Assembly (NCBI GenBank): GCA_001724265.1
Contig: MEDY01000120.1
Location: 62,001 to 118,224 of the forward strand
Direction: 5' to 3'
Source of the DNA: Rhizaria sp. SCN 62-66
Lineage: Eukaryota
DNA: 56,224 bases
Below the pieces are notes generated by a model, which was given only the letters and a program-made list of their open reading frames with translations, made no database searches and had not been told where the DNA came from. Shown in pieces: positions 26,504 through 36,919 of the stretch (the first letter of the stretch is position 1; each line of letters opens with the position of its first letter). The position numbers and the translations under genes are program-made.

Positions 26504-28708
26504 GGCGAGTGCTACTAAGGCCGAAATGCACGGGATACAACACGAGAGCAGTGATTCACCAGGAATAATTTAATGAATAAAGAGGTTTAATAGAGCGAGT
26601 TATCATATACAAGAATTGCATTGAGAGACGGAGACTACAGCGCGTGGCAATGTTCCAAAGATTGGTGTAAAGTGTATTGCTTCGTCATCATCATCAGTGT
26701 CAGCGACAACGAGTGAGCGAAGGAGACATCAGAAAGGGACAGCAAACAGACGCCGGAAGCAGCGGCGGCCGCGGCAGCAATGGCAACGGCAACGCAGCAC
26801 AGCACGCACTGGGAGAGCGGGTGGTGTGTTGCGCACATGTCAACAGCAGCAGCGACACTGAGAGCAAACAAGCACGCACAATGCTGGTAATGCGATGATT
26901 GCATACTGGCGTTGTTACTGATCTTGTTGACGATTTTCACAAAATAAAGTGATAAAAAACGAAAGGACATTTTCTTTGTTGGTTGTTGATTTTGAATTTT
27001 TCTTTTGTTTTTTGGAGGTTTTGCGTGAGAGTTTGGGAGATTGATTGTTTGGTTACCGTAGTGGGTAGCTTTTGCGCGGTTGCCCCTGCGCCGGCCGCTC
27101 GGGACGGCAGCACGGCGCAAGGGCAGAGACGCGCGTGCATAAACAGACGCACGGGAAAAATACAGACACCCAACAATGTACACACACTTATACGCATAGA
27201 ATAACGAGAAAACGAATGAGGAAATGATAATAAGGGCGCTGCACTGCCCCCGCACTCCGCAAACACGCGCGCATATCCAGGCACGGCCGCGGACGGGACG
27301 GCGTACCAACGACAGCGAGCGCGAGGCTGCAGTGCGAGGTATCGATAGGCCGGGCGTTCGTGGCGGTGGCGGAGACGGCGGGTGTGGGTGGCAGAGGCAG
27401 CGACGGTCGTCAGTAATTAGGAAGAACAAAGAGAAAAGAAAAGAAAAGAACGATAGAACAGAAACGAGTGCACGCAATGCACACACAACCCGAGAGCGCA
27501 GCGCCACAGAACGCAGCAGAGTGACTGCTATTGCATTGCTGTTAACGTTGCTGGGAGTCGTGTGGCCGTGACAGGAGCAGTGCCATTGAGCGCAACGACA
27601 TGAGGAGCGACGTTTGCGCACACTCAGCTGTTCCGATGTTCCGATGTTCCGATGTGACGTCGCAACCACGCGAGCCACTGTAAGCAAGCGAACGATAGCG
27701 TCAGATTGCTGCGAGTGGTGTTGGTATTGTTGTTGTTGCTTTCGTTGCCGCAATGATGCGATCAGGCGGTCATGAGGGCCTGCGGTGTTGTGTGGTGAGT
27801 TATAACGTGGGATGGCGCTGGCGGCGGCCGGCCGTGACGACCGGGGTTCGCGCCGCGAAGCGTGTAAGGGCCTCGGTCCCCTACATCCACCGGTGCAGGT
27901 GGGGTCAGGGGGACGAGTCAGTCACGCGAGCGCGCCATACACACGTAACACACACACATACACATACACAGACGAACAAACAAGCAATCCGACAGTGAGG
28001 GGTCATCAGTGACCGGCCACTCACACTCTCTCAGTGTGGCGAGTGGCGCTGTGCGCGGGCTAGGCCGGTGTTGTAAGAGGCAGCACATTGCTGACAGTCA
28101 AAGCGGCCTAGCTTTAAGAGAACAAACACGCACACAGGCAGATACACACACAAAGGCACAGAGAGAGACGAAACACATCAGAAGTGCCACGAACAAACGA
28201 AGTCCAGTCAGGAGACCGCAGCTTGCGGAGACACACTGGACTCGACTTGTTGCATTGACGTATAAACAAATAAACATAAACAAATATACAACAACTGAGA
28301 TATGGTTATTATGGTAGTAATTAATTTACTAAGCAGAAAACGCTAACATTTACACAACAACAACAATTTCTAGAACAACAGAGAACGAGAAAAAGAGGTA
28401 ACTAGTAACGTTAAAGTAATCATACACACACTTCGAGTAACGAGCAGAGAGCAAAGGCAAAGCAAAGCAAAGCAGAGCCATGATAGCACGAAGCGCCTTT
28501 ACTTCCTTTCTCTCAGGTTACTACATCACATTCAGACACATACATACACACACTAACACGTGATCATATCATCATACGCATATCAGATTAATAATTTAAC
28601 AGAAAGAAAAAAACCAAACAGAAAAAGAAGAAGCAGCAAGAGCACTCACGAAACGACTTTCATATGAAAAAAACAGCTGTAAGTACCCCTAGACACAGTT
28701 CCTTAGAC

Positions 28709-31700
28709 TTACGCCATGTCGACGGGCATGCCCGCGATGGCGCTGAGCGTGGGCGCCATCACGGTCGTCGCCGCGTTGGCGTTGCAGTGGGCGGCGGTGG
28801 AGGGCGCTGCGAGCAGGTGGGTGCCGGCGGTGCCGGGGGCGGTGGCGGCCTCGCCCTCGGCCACGGCTTCTGCGGCGGCGGCGGCCACTGCGGCGGAGTC
28901 AATCGGCTCCAGCGCCTCCATCTCGGCCTCGGCGGCGGCGGCGATGGCGGCCGCAGCCTCGATCGCCTCCGTCTCGGCCGCGGCGGCCGCGGCGGCGGCA
29001 GCGGCCGTGTGCGCGGTGGCGGCGGCATTGGAGATGGAGAGCGTGCGGCGCAGGCGCGTTGGCCGGCGCTGGTTGGCGAAGTAGAGCGCGAGCGGGTGCG
29101 CCGACGCCTGTTCGAGGCCGAGCGCGCGCAGCACGGCGCCGCGCTCCTCAGCGGACGCCACGGCGGCGGCGGCCTCGGAGGCGGCGGGCGCGCCCACGGG
29201 CTCGGCGTCGGAGCCTTGCAGCACGAGCAGCGACTGCAGGCGCGAAAGCACGGACGCCACGGCCGCCTCGGCCGCTGACGCGAACTTGGACGACAGCGAG
29301 CCCGTCAGCGGGGGCGGGTTCGCAGCGGCCGACACGGACGCGGCGGCGGCGGCGATGGCGGCGGCGCGGTCCGCGGCCGAGAGGTTGGCGATCGCGTCCG
29401 ACATAGAGACGGCGCCCGAGGAGCCCGACAGAGCCAGGGGGTTCGCGCCCGCGGGGTGGCCGCCGTTGACGTTGCTGCCGTCGCCGCGGGAAGGGAGGAA
29501 GAAGGGCGTGGCGGACGAGTGGTACCCCGCGGCGGAGCCGCCGTGGCCGTGGCCGGGGAAGGGCCCCGTGACCGAGGCCGAGACGGGGATCCCGGGGCGG
29601 CCGCTGCCCGTGGTGGCGCCGCTCTGGCCGACGCCGACGCCAACGCCGTGGCCGACGCAGAGGCCGAGGCCGGAGAGCGGGGGGCGGGCCGTGGAGGCCG
29701 CGTTGACCGACTCGGGGGCCGGGGTGGACGAGGCCAGCGAGGAGCCGTCGGCGTTGGTGCCGTTGTTCATCGAGCCGTTGCCATGGGCGGCAGCGAACGC
29801 GGCGGCGCCGGTGCCCGCGCCGGCCGCGGCGGGGGGACCCTGCTGCTGGGCGAGAGCCATGGCCTTCGCCTTAGCACGAGCCTGGAGATAAGAGAAATCA
29901 AAGTAGATATGGGTTAGGTATGCGTCTTTAAGAATAAAAGTTGTACATATCAGTACAAATTAAAGTATTAAACACGCGCATAAAATATATTCCCAGTTAA
30001 CATTTGTTTCGCGGTGATATAATCTCTCTGTTGGCAGTACCTGAGCGATGTCGCGGGCCAGCACCTGGGCCTGGACCTGCGTGAGCGTGTGGCCGTGCGA
30101 GTGGCTCAGCCCGCCCTCGGAGCCGTGGAACGGGCTCGCCAGACCGTGGCCGTGGTCGTGGCTGTGACCGTGGGCGCAGACGGTGACGGAGCCCGAGCCC
30201 ACGATGGCGGCCGCTGCAGCAGCGGCGGCGGCGGAGATCGAGGCCGCGGTGTAGGGCGCCGCTGCGGGGGTGTTGGGGGCCGTGGCGAAGCCGCTGAGCG
30301 GCGCGGCGGCCACCGCAGCCGAGGGCACGATCGACCGCACGGGCTGGCCCGTCGCGCCGACAGGTGCAGTCGCCGCCGCAGCGGCGGGGGCGGCGGCGGC
30401 CACAGGGGTGGGCTCGGGGGCGGGGGCCGGGGGCGCGACGATGCCGTTATAGTGGACCTCGCAGAAGCCCGTGTCGTCGAAGCGCAGCGTGTAGAGCGGC
30501 ATGTTGGCCGCCAGCGCACCCAGCGACACGTTCACGTGCTGGTCGGCCAGCAGGTTCATGAACGGCAGGTAGGCCGCAGCTGCGTTCTTGGACAGGGGCA
30601 GGATGTCATCCTACGCAGATATATTGGGGGGATATATGACGATATAGATGAGTATCTTACAAACATTATTTAATATACAATTTTACGCGTAAATATATCA
30701 ATATTCCGTAAATCAGGCGTACCTGTCCGATGAACCACTCAGCCTGCTGCTTGCGGAGGTAGGCCGAGATCTGTTCGTGGTTGACGAAGATCTGGTTGCC
30801 CTGGATCGACGGCGGGATGAGCGGGATGCGCGTGAACGAGTGCACGTCGTTGACCAGCGACACGTTGGCGACGCCGCACTCCTCGTGCTGGCCCGCGAGC
30901 ACCACGTAGTCGCCCTCGGTTGCGCCGTCCCACATGGCGTAGAAGAAGCACCGCAGCGCGGTCAGCACCAGCTCGCGGCGCACCTTGTACGTCTCGGACT
31001 TGGTCAGCATGAAGCGCAGGTGGCCGCAGCCGATGTGCGCGGGATTCGTCAGGTGCTCAAGCATGCGCTCGCGCGCCGCGTTCGGCACCTGCATCAGGAA
31101 CGCGCTTGTGCCCACCTGTGGTAGAGTCCAGAAGATAAAAAGAGGAGATATAGAACATGAGATGGAATCATAAAAAGTTTAAACCTAAAGAACACTAACA
31201 AACATCTTACACTAAGGAGTTGCATCACCAAGATGCCAACAAATCCAAAAGCAGATTGAAATGAGACCTATGATTTACGTACGTGAGTCTGCGAGGGGGA
31301 GAAGACGCCCACGAGCTCCGGGTCCTTGCGGACGGCGTCGACGAGCTTGTCGAGACAGGCCTGGTCGGTGTGCATGTAGAAGCGGCCGAAGGCGTCGAGG
31401 CGGCGCTGGAACAGCACGGCGACGTCGGCGTCGGTCAGGTGGCGGTTCATGAGCTCCTCGGCGGCCGTGAGCGCGATGATGAACTCGCCCATGTCGCCGC
31501 CGGGCGTGCCGATAACGCCACAGTCATCGCGCCCGTCGATGCACGACATGCGCCCGTGGACCATGAAGGCCGCCATCTTGATCCACTGGATGCCCTCGCC
31601 ATTGCCGATGTGGTCCGAGATCTGCTGGAGAGACATGGTGCGGCGGCCGAAGCGGTCCTTGGGCGCGGGCGCCGTGAGCGCCTTCGAGTGCACGACGCCG

Positions 31701-33051
31701 CGCCGCGCCAGAATCGACGGGTCGCGCGAGGTCGAGAAGCCCATGAGCTTCCACGCGCGCATGCCGCCGGACATGACGGCGGCAAAGACGCGGCCGTGGG
31801 CCTTGAGCTCTGCGACGACCTCACGCGAGTCGCTGTCGTTCATGCAGACGATCGCGAGCAGCGCGTCGGCCGGGAAGGAGGAGATAATCTTGCCGATGTC
31901 CGTGCGCGGGAACCAGTTGATGCCTGGAGGGAGGGCGGAGTGTGCGCAGGTCAGGTGTGGAGTTTTGAGTGGGTCAAAAGAGATATGGGCAGGCACGGGG
32001 GGAGGGTGTGCGATAGGGGCAGAACAAGGGCGAGCGCCAATAATAAAGTGGCAAAAGGGAATAAAAGAAGGAAAGAGAACGAAAAAAGTGAGAATGAAAG
32101 TTCAAAGAGGACGGGAAAAGGGCGCACTGGTGGAATGCCAGGGAAAGAGTGTCGAGAATATTTGTTGGCGCAGGCATGTTCGGAAGTGAATACATCAGTT
32201 TAGGCGCATCGTAAGCGCAAAAAAGTGTGGGCACGTACCGGGAATGTACCCGACGGGACCGGTGAGCTCGTTTTCGAGGCGCACATCGATGATATGGACG
32301 GCGTGGCCGAGCTGTAAGTGTTGCGGACCAGGGTAGCGATGACGCGAGAGGTCAGCGGGGGTGTTGACCGACGGAGAGGAAAGAGCGAAAATAACGGCAT
32401 AAGTGAGTTTATGGCGCGGCACATGCAGTGAAACTTGTTAAAGAAATGCAGAATGTTCGTATTTAAACAAGAATATCCGTATGTTGCGGTGATAAAACGC
32501 GACAATGGTAGCTTTTTCTGGCGCGAGCCGTAACGTACCTGAGCCACGAAATCGCAGGCCACTGTGAACTTATGCGCCGCCAGGTGGGTGATCCAGTTGC
32601 GGCGGATATAGTATTCGGGGTGCCCGGGCGGCGGGAGGTGCGCGACATACTCTTGGAACTTTTTCTCGTCGTCCAGCATGAGCTGGGCCTTGAGCGTGTG
32701 GATGTGCTGCAGCGACATGGAGCCGGGGAGCGAAGGGGTAGCCGACTGGGGCTTCGAGAAAGGCACGGGGTCCATCGGCGACGAAGGATATAGGCCTGAT
32801 TTAGGATTAACTAACGGCTTTGCGAGGGAACTTGTCGTAAAACAATGCAAAGACACCGCGGAAAACGGCGTGGTTGCGTCGAAACGGGAAGTCGAGCGAA
32901 GGCCTCCGACCTGACTCGGCCCGGCTGACCAGCTCGGACCAATGGGCTGGTTGGGCCCAGTCAGACTCGACTGTGCTGAAGAGCTGAGAGAGAAGGGAGC
33001 GGGGGCCCCGGCGGGGACCCGGCCAGCGAGGCGAGAGAGACCTGCCCGCAT
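28709..33051 (-). CDS. Rhodanese domain + Cys/His/Cys metal-site (carbonic-anhydrase-like) domain fusion with Ala-rich tail
   Basis: Six phase-consistent exons: 33051-32539, 32311-32239, 31923-31283, 31115-30723, 30610-30041 and 29881-28709 (1,120 aa). Rhodanese motifs IIDVR..E...GYIPG, IVC and GGMRAW. Then SCIDGR..GTPGGD, YMHTD and HIGCGH. Stop TAA. Confidence 0.8.
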
Positions 33052-33553
33052 GTCGGATTAAGCGAAAACGTGTAACTTACACAAAAATGATCTGTGGCAA
33101 GAGCCTGGGTTCAGAGGAGGTTGTTTGGGCCAGATACACACTTTTTCGAAAGGGCTCCAAACCCCTCACGCCTCTTCACCCACGCCCAGCGCCCGTCAGG
33201 CCGACCGGCCGCCGCTGGGCGAACGCGACGTCACTGCCGCACGCTGCGCAAGCCCCTGCTACCAGGTCTCCGTTTCTACATATTTTCATTTCAATATATT
33301 GCGGAGAGCACATGGTATTATTTGATTCTTAACTTTTTTTCTCTTCATTGCACGTCTATCTTCTATACAAGTGACGCTCTGATTGCCGTCTTTCCCGTTG
33401 CTCATATCTACCTTGTCATTCTCGCCTTCGTCCTGTTTCCTCGCAGCAGCGTCCCGACCCCAAACCGGCTTGCCTTGCACAGACAGGTCTTATTCTTTTC
33501 ACTAACACAGGTTTTGCGCCCCCGCGAGACCTCTCTGCCGCGCTACACCCGCC

Positions 33554-36493
33554 ATGGAGACCCCCTCGAAACGGCCGCTGGAGCGCTCCCGCGGCTACTC
33601 GATCGATGAAAAGGTACACTATCACTCTCATTCCTTTTATAACAGCTCTAAAGCTATCGCAACAACATACCTCACATACTTGTCTATTATATGCACTTGT
33701 TTTTGCGATGCTTCACAACATCCTACTGCGTTCCAGGCGTTTGGCAGCGTCGTGTCGACGATGGCCGCGACGGCGCCGTCGTGGGTGCCCGACAAGGACT
33801 CGACGAGCTGCATGAACTGCCGCGCCAAGTTCTCCGTCTTCGTCCGCCGCCACCACTGCCGCTCCTGCGGCTTCCTCGTCTGCAACTCGTGTTCCCGCAC
33901 GCGCGCGCCGCTGCCGAACGCGCTCTCCACGGGCCGCGTCCGCGTCTGCGACCGCTGCTGCGCAGACACACACACAAACGCATCCGCCGCCGCCGCCACC
34001 TCGGCCGCCTCTGCTGCCTCTGCCGCGGGCGGTGCGGACGCGCTGCCCAGAGGCGTGGCCTCCGGCTCTGTGCTCTCGCCGGCGTCGCCGTCCTCTCTGG
34101 CTGCGGCCGGCCCCCTCGCAGGCTCCGCCTCCGCCGCCGCCAGAGCTGCCAACGCCACCGGCGCCGGTGCGGGCGCCTCGTCTCTGTCCCCGTCCGCGTC
34201 ATCCTCCTCTTTCTCCGCCGCCGCCGCCGCGGCTGCGGGCGCCGCGACGGGCAGTGGCGCTGACTTCCTCGCGTCGGACCCGTACGCGGTCGGCCTGCCC
34301 GCCGAGGCCGCCGCCGCCGCCGCCGCCGCGGCCGCCGCGGCCGCCGCCTCGGCCCCCGCGTCGTCGCTGGCCTTCTCGCTGCCCGCATGGACCGTGGCAC
34401 TCGCCCCGCTGTCCGCGCTGCCCGTGCGCGCCGCCGTGGGTCGGCTTCTGGTCCGCCCGCGCTGCGTGCGGTCACTCGCGGTGCGCGCCCCCGCCACCGC
34501 GGCCGCCGTCGCCAAGGCGGGCCGCATCGGCGCAGACCAGCGCGCGCTCCGCCACAGCGCCGCCGCCGCCGCTGCCGCGGGCGGGCTGGCCGCGCGCAGG
34601 CAGCAGCAGCAGCTCGCCGCCGCCGTCGCCGCCGCCGTGCCCGTCGTGCTGCCGCAGGACGTGCCGCTCCTCGCGCTCCGCGTACGCTTCATCACCACGA
34701 ACAACAACGGCGGTAGCAACAGTAACAGTGACGGCTCTGCTGCCGCCGCTGCCTCCGCGGCCGCCATGTCCGCGACCGCCGCGGCCGCCTCGGCTCCCGG
34801 CGCGGGCGGCGGCGTCGGCGGCGGCGTGGTCGCCCGCACCCGCCCTGTGCAGGCCGTGGCCCAGCCCTACGCCGCTGCGGCCGCCGCCAAGGCCGGGCGG
34901 GTGGCGTCGCCGGCCGCGCTGGCGCAGACACTCACCACACCCGGCGCGCAGGGCGGCGCGCGCGTTGACGCCGACTTCCCCGCCCTCTCCCATAGTAACC
35001 CGGCTGGTGCGAGCTCGAGTGCGAGCGCGAGCGCTTCCGGCTCTGGGGGCTCGACGGCGGGCGACTTGTTGCTGGACGTGGCGGGGCTGGGCGCTAGCGC
35101 CGTGCTCGAAGTGGTCGACGTGCGCTCCAACAGTCTAAGCGCCCCCTTAGACGAGGCCGTGCTGGGCTCGGTCCAGGTGCCCCTTTCGTCGTTGCTGCAC
35201 CAGAAGCGCGTGCGGCTCATCTTGCCGCTCACGGCCGGCGCCGCGTCCGTCTCTGTCTCCGCCGCAGTCAACGCCAGTGGCGCCAACAGCACAGGCAGCG
35301 GCGCCGAGGCAGACGCCGAGGCCGGCTCCGACGCTGCCGCCGACGCTGCTGCGGCCGCTGGCCCCGGTGCCGCCGCCGGCGGCCGGCTGGAGGTGGACGT
35401 GCAGCTGGTGGTGTCGCAGTCCGCGTCGTGGTGGGCCGGCCTCACCGCCGCGCCGCCGTCTCTCTTCGACGTGCTCCTCACGTCATCCAGCCTCGGCCAC
35501 GCTGGCGCCGCTGCGGCGGGCTCGGGCGCCGCATCGGGCTCTCTGGTGGTCGCGCCGCTGATGACGGGCGCTGACGCAGAGGCCGCGGGGGCCGTCGCCG
35601 CGCGCGCCGCCGCCCGCGCCTCGGCGGGCGCCGGCGTTGCCAACAGCAGCAACAACAGTGCCAGTGGCGGCACGAGCGGCCCTGTGGCTCCGTTCGTGCG
35701 GTCGCTGTGTTTCGCGCTGCTGGAGCTGCAGCCGCTCTTCTGGCTGCTCGACGCCGCGGCGCCCGTGCTCTCCTTCCGCGCGCCCGCGCTGTCGGCCGTG
35801 GCGTTCCTCGCGCTGCTCTTCCTGCTGCTGCAGCCCTGGGCGCTGCTGCCGCTCGCGCTCTGCCTCGCGCTGCGCACAGTCGCCATTCGCGTCCGCGGTC
35901 TCACGTGCGCAGACCGCCCCGCGCGCGCCGCCCGCGCCGCCGCCGTCGCCGCCGCCGCCGCCAACGCCGCCGCCGCGGGGGCGGGCGCGCCCGTGAAGGA
36001 GCACGACGACGACGAGTACGACGACGAGGACGACGAGGACGACGTGGCTGCGGCGGGCGAGGTTCGGCCGCACCACGCCGAGGCGCTGGCGGCGCTGTGC
36101 CCGGGCGCGGCGCGTGCGTCGCCGCTGTACGAGGTCGGCGACGCGCAGCTGCAGACGCTGCTGGCTGCGCTCTTCGCGCAGGCCTTCCCGCTCATGGGCC
36201 GCCGCTGGTCGCTGCCGCAGGCGCACGCGGGGCTCGACGGGCTGCGCGCGGCCGCGGGCGCGCTGCGCGCCGTGAGCTCTTGGCAGAGCCCCGGGGCGAC
36301 AATCGCGCTCGCCGTCGCGCTGGCCGCCGCGCTGGCGTGGGCGCTGCTGGTCGGGCAGCGCGCGCTCTGGGGGCTGCTGCTGGCCGCCGCTTTCGCGCTC
36401 CACACACCGCTGCGCGCGCTGGGCCAGGCCGCCGTGGACCGCGTCGCCAGGCGGCTCGGTAAAGACGGCGCAGACGCCGGCGCCGAAGCGTGA
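33554..36493 (+). CDS. FYVE zinc-finger protein with degenerate C2-like region and C-terminal membrane segments
   Basis: Canonical FYVE (WVPD, CxxC, RRHHCRxCG, CxxC, RVCxxC). Beta-strand-like LEVVD..LGSVQVPLSSL..RLEVDVQLV. Two hydrophobic blocks near the C-terminus. Probable intron 33614-33736. Stop TGA. Confidence 0.85.
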   Translation: METPSKRPLERSRGYSIDEKVHYHSHSFYNSSKAIATTYLTYLSIICTCFCDASQHPTAFQAFGSVVSTMAATAPSWVPDKDSTSCMNCRAKFSVFVRRHHCRSCGFLVCNSCSRTRAPLPNALSTGRVRVCDRCCADTHTNASAAAATSAASAASAAGGADALPRGVASGSVLSPASPSSLAAAGPLAGSASAAARAANATGAGAGASSLSPSASSSSFSAAAAAAAGAATGSGADFLASDPYAVGLPAEAAAAAAAAAAAAAASAPASSLAFSLPAWTVALAPLSALPVRAAVGRLLVRPRCVRSLAVRAPATAAAVAKAGRIGADQRALRHSAAAAAAAGGLAARRQQQQLAAAVAAAVPVVLPQDVPLLALRVRFITTNNNGGSNSNSDGSAAAAASAAAMSATAAAASAPGAGGGVGGGVVARTRPVQAVAQPYAAAAAAKAGRVASPAALAQTLTTPGAQGGARVDADFPALSHSNPAGASSSASASASGSGGSTAGDLLLDVAGLGASAVLEVVDVRSNSLSAPLDEAVLGSVQVPLSSLLHQKRVRLILPLTAGAASVSVSAAVNASGANSTGSGAEADAEAGSDAAADAAAAAGPGAAAGGRLEVDVQLVVSQSASWWAGLTAAPPSLFDVLLTSSSLGHAGAAAAGSGAASGSLVVAPLMTGADAEAAGAVAARAAARASAGAGVANSSNNSASGGTSGPVAPFVRSLCFALLELQPLFWLLDAAAPVLSFRAPALSAVAFLALLFLLLQPWALLPLALCLALRTVAIRVRGLTCADRPARAARAAAVAAAAANAAAAGAGAPVKEHDDDEYDDEDDEDDVAAAGEVRPHHAEALAALCPGAARASPLYEVGDAQLQTLLAALFAQAFPLMGRRWSLPQAHAGLDGLRAAAGALRAVSSWQSPGATIALAVALAAALAWALLVGQRALWGLLLAAAFALHTPLRALGQAAVDRVARRLGKDGADAGAEA

Positions 36494-36919
36494 AGCAGCT
36501 AACCGCGCAAGAGTGTTCCATAAAATGGCTTATTCAATTTCATGCCAGATATGGCCAACTTTATTATATAATGCACTGAAAGAATACATAATATATGCAT
36601 TGTTAACGAACTTAGGAGTTGCTTTCGTATTTTAATTGATTTGTTTTGTATTGAGAGGTTTGTGTTCATTAATATTCTTTGAGAGTGACGTTGCTTACTG
36701 TGTACATTTCACTAGGATCTTATCATAGTCAAGATACGGACACCACACTGCACTCTTTGTGTTTCCTGGCCTTCATTATCCAGCGCAGTGGCATTTTATC
36801 TCCCTAAACTCACACACATCTACGCATCCACATACACCATCCATTCCTTAGATCTCCAACACGAGACTCTACTTCGTAGCATAAAAATGCTCCTTCCACT
36901 CCTGCTGCGGCTGCGCTGC

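Noticed and set aside
26635-27753. 372-aa minus-strand ORF
   Set aside because: Non-ATG start, simple-repeat composition, codon usage unlike the real genes, no motifs.
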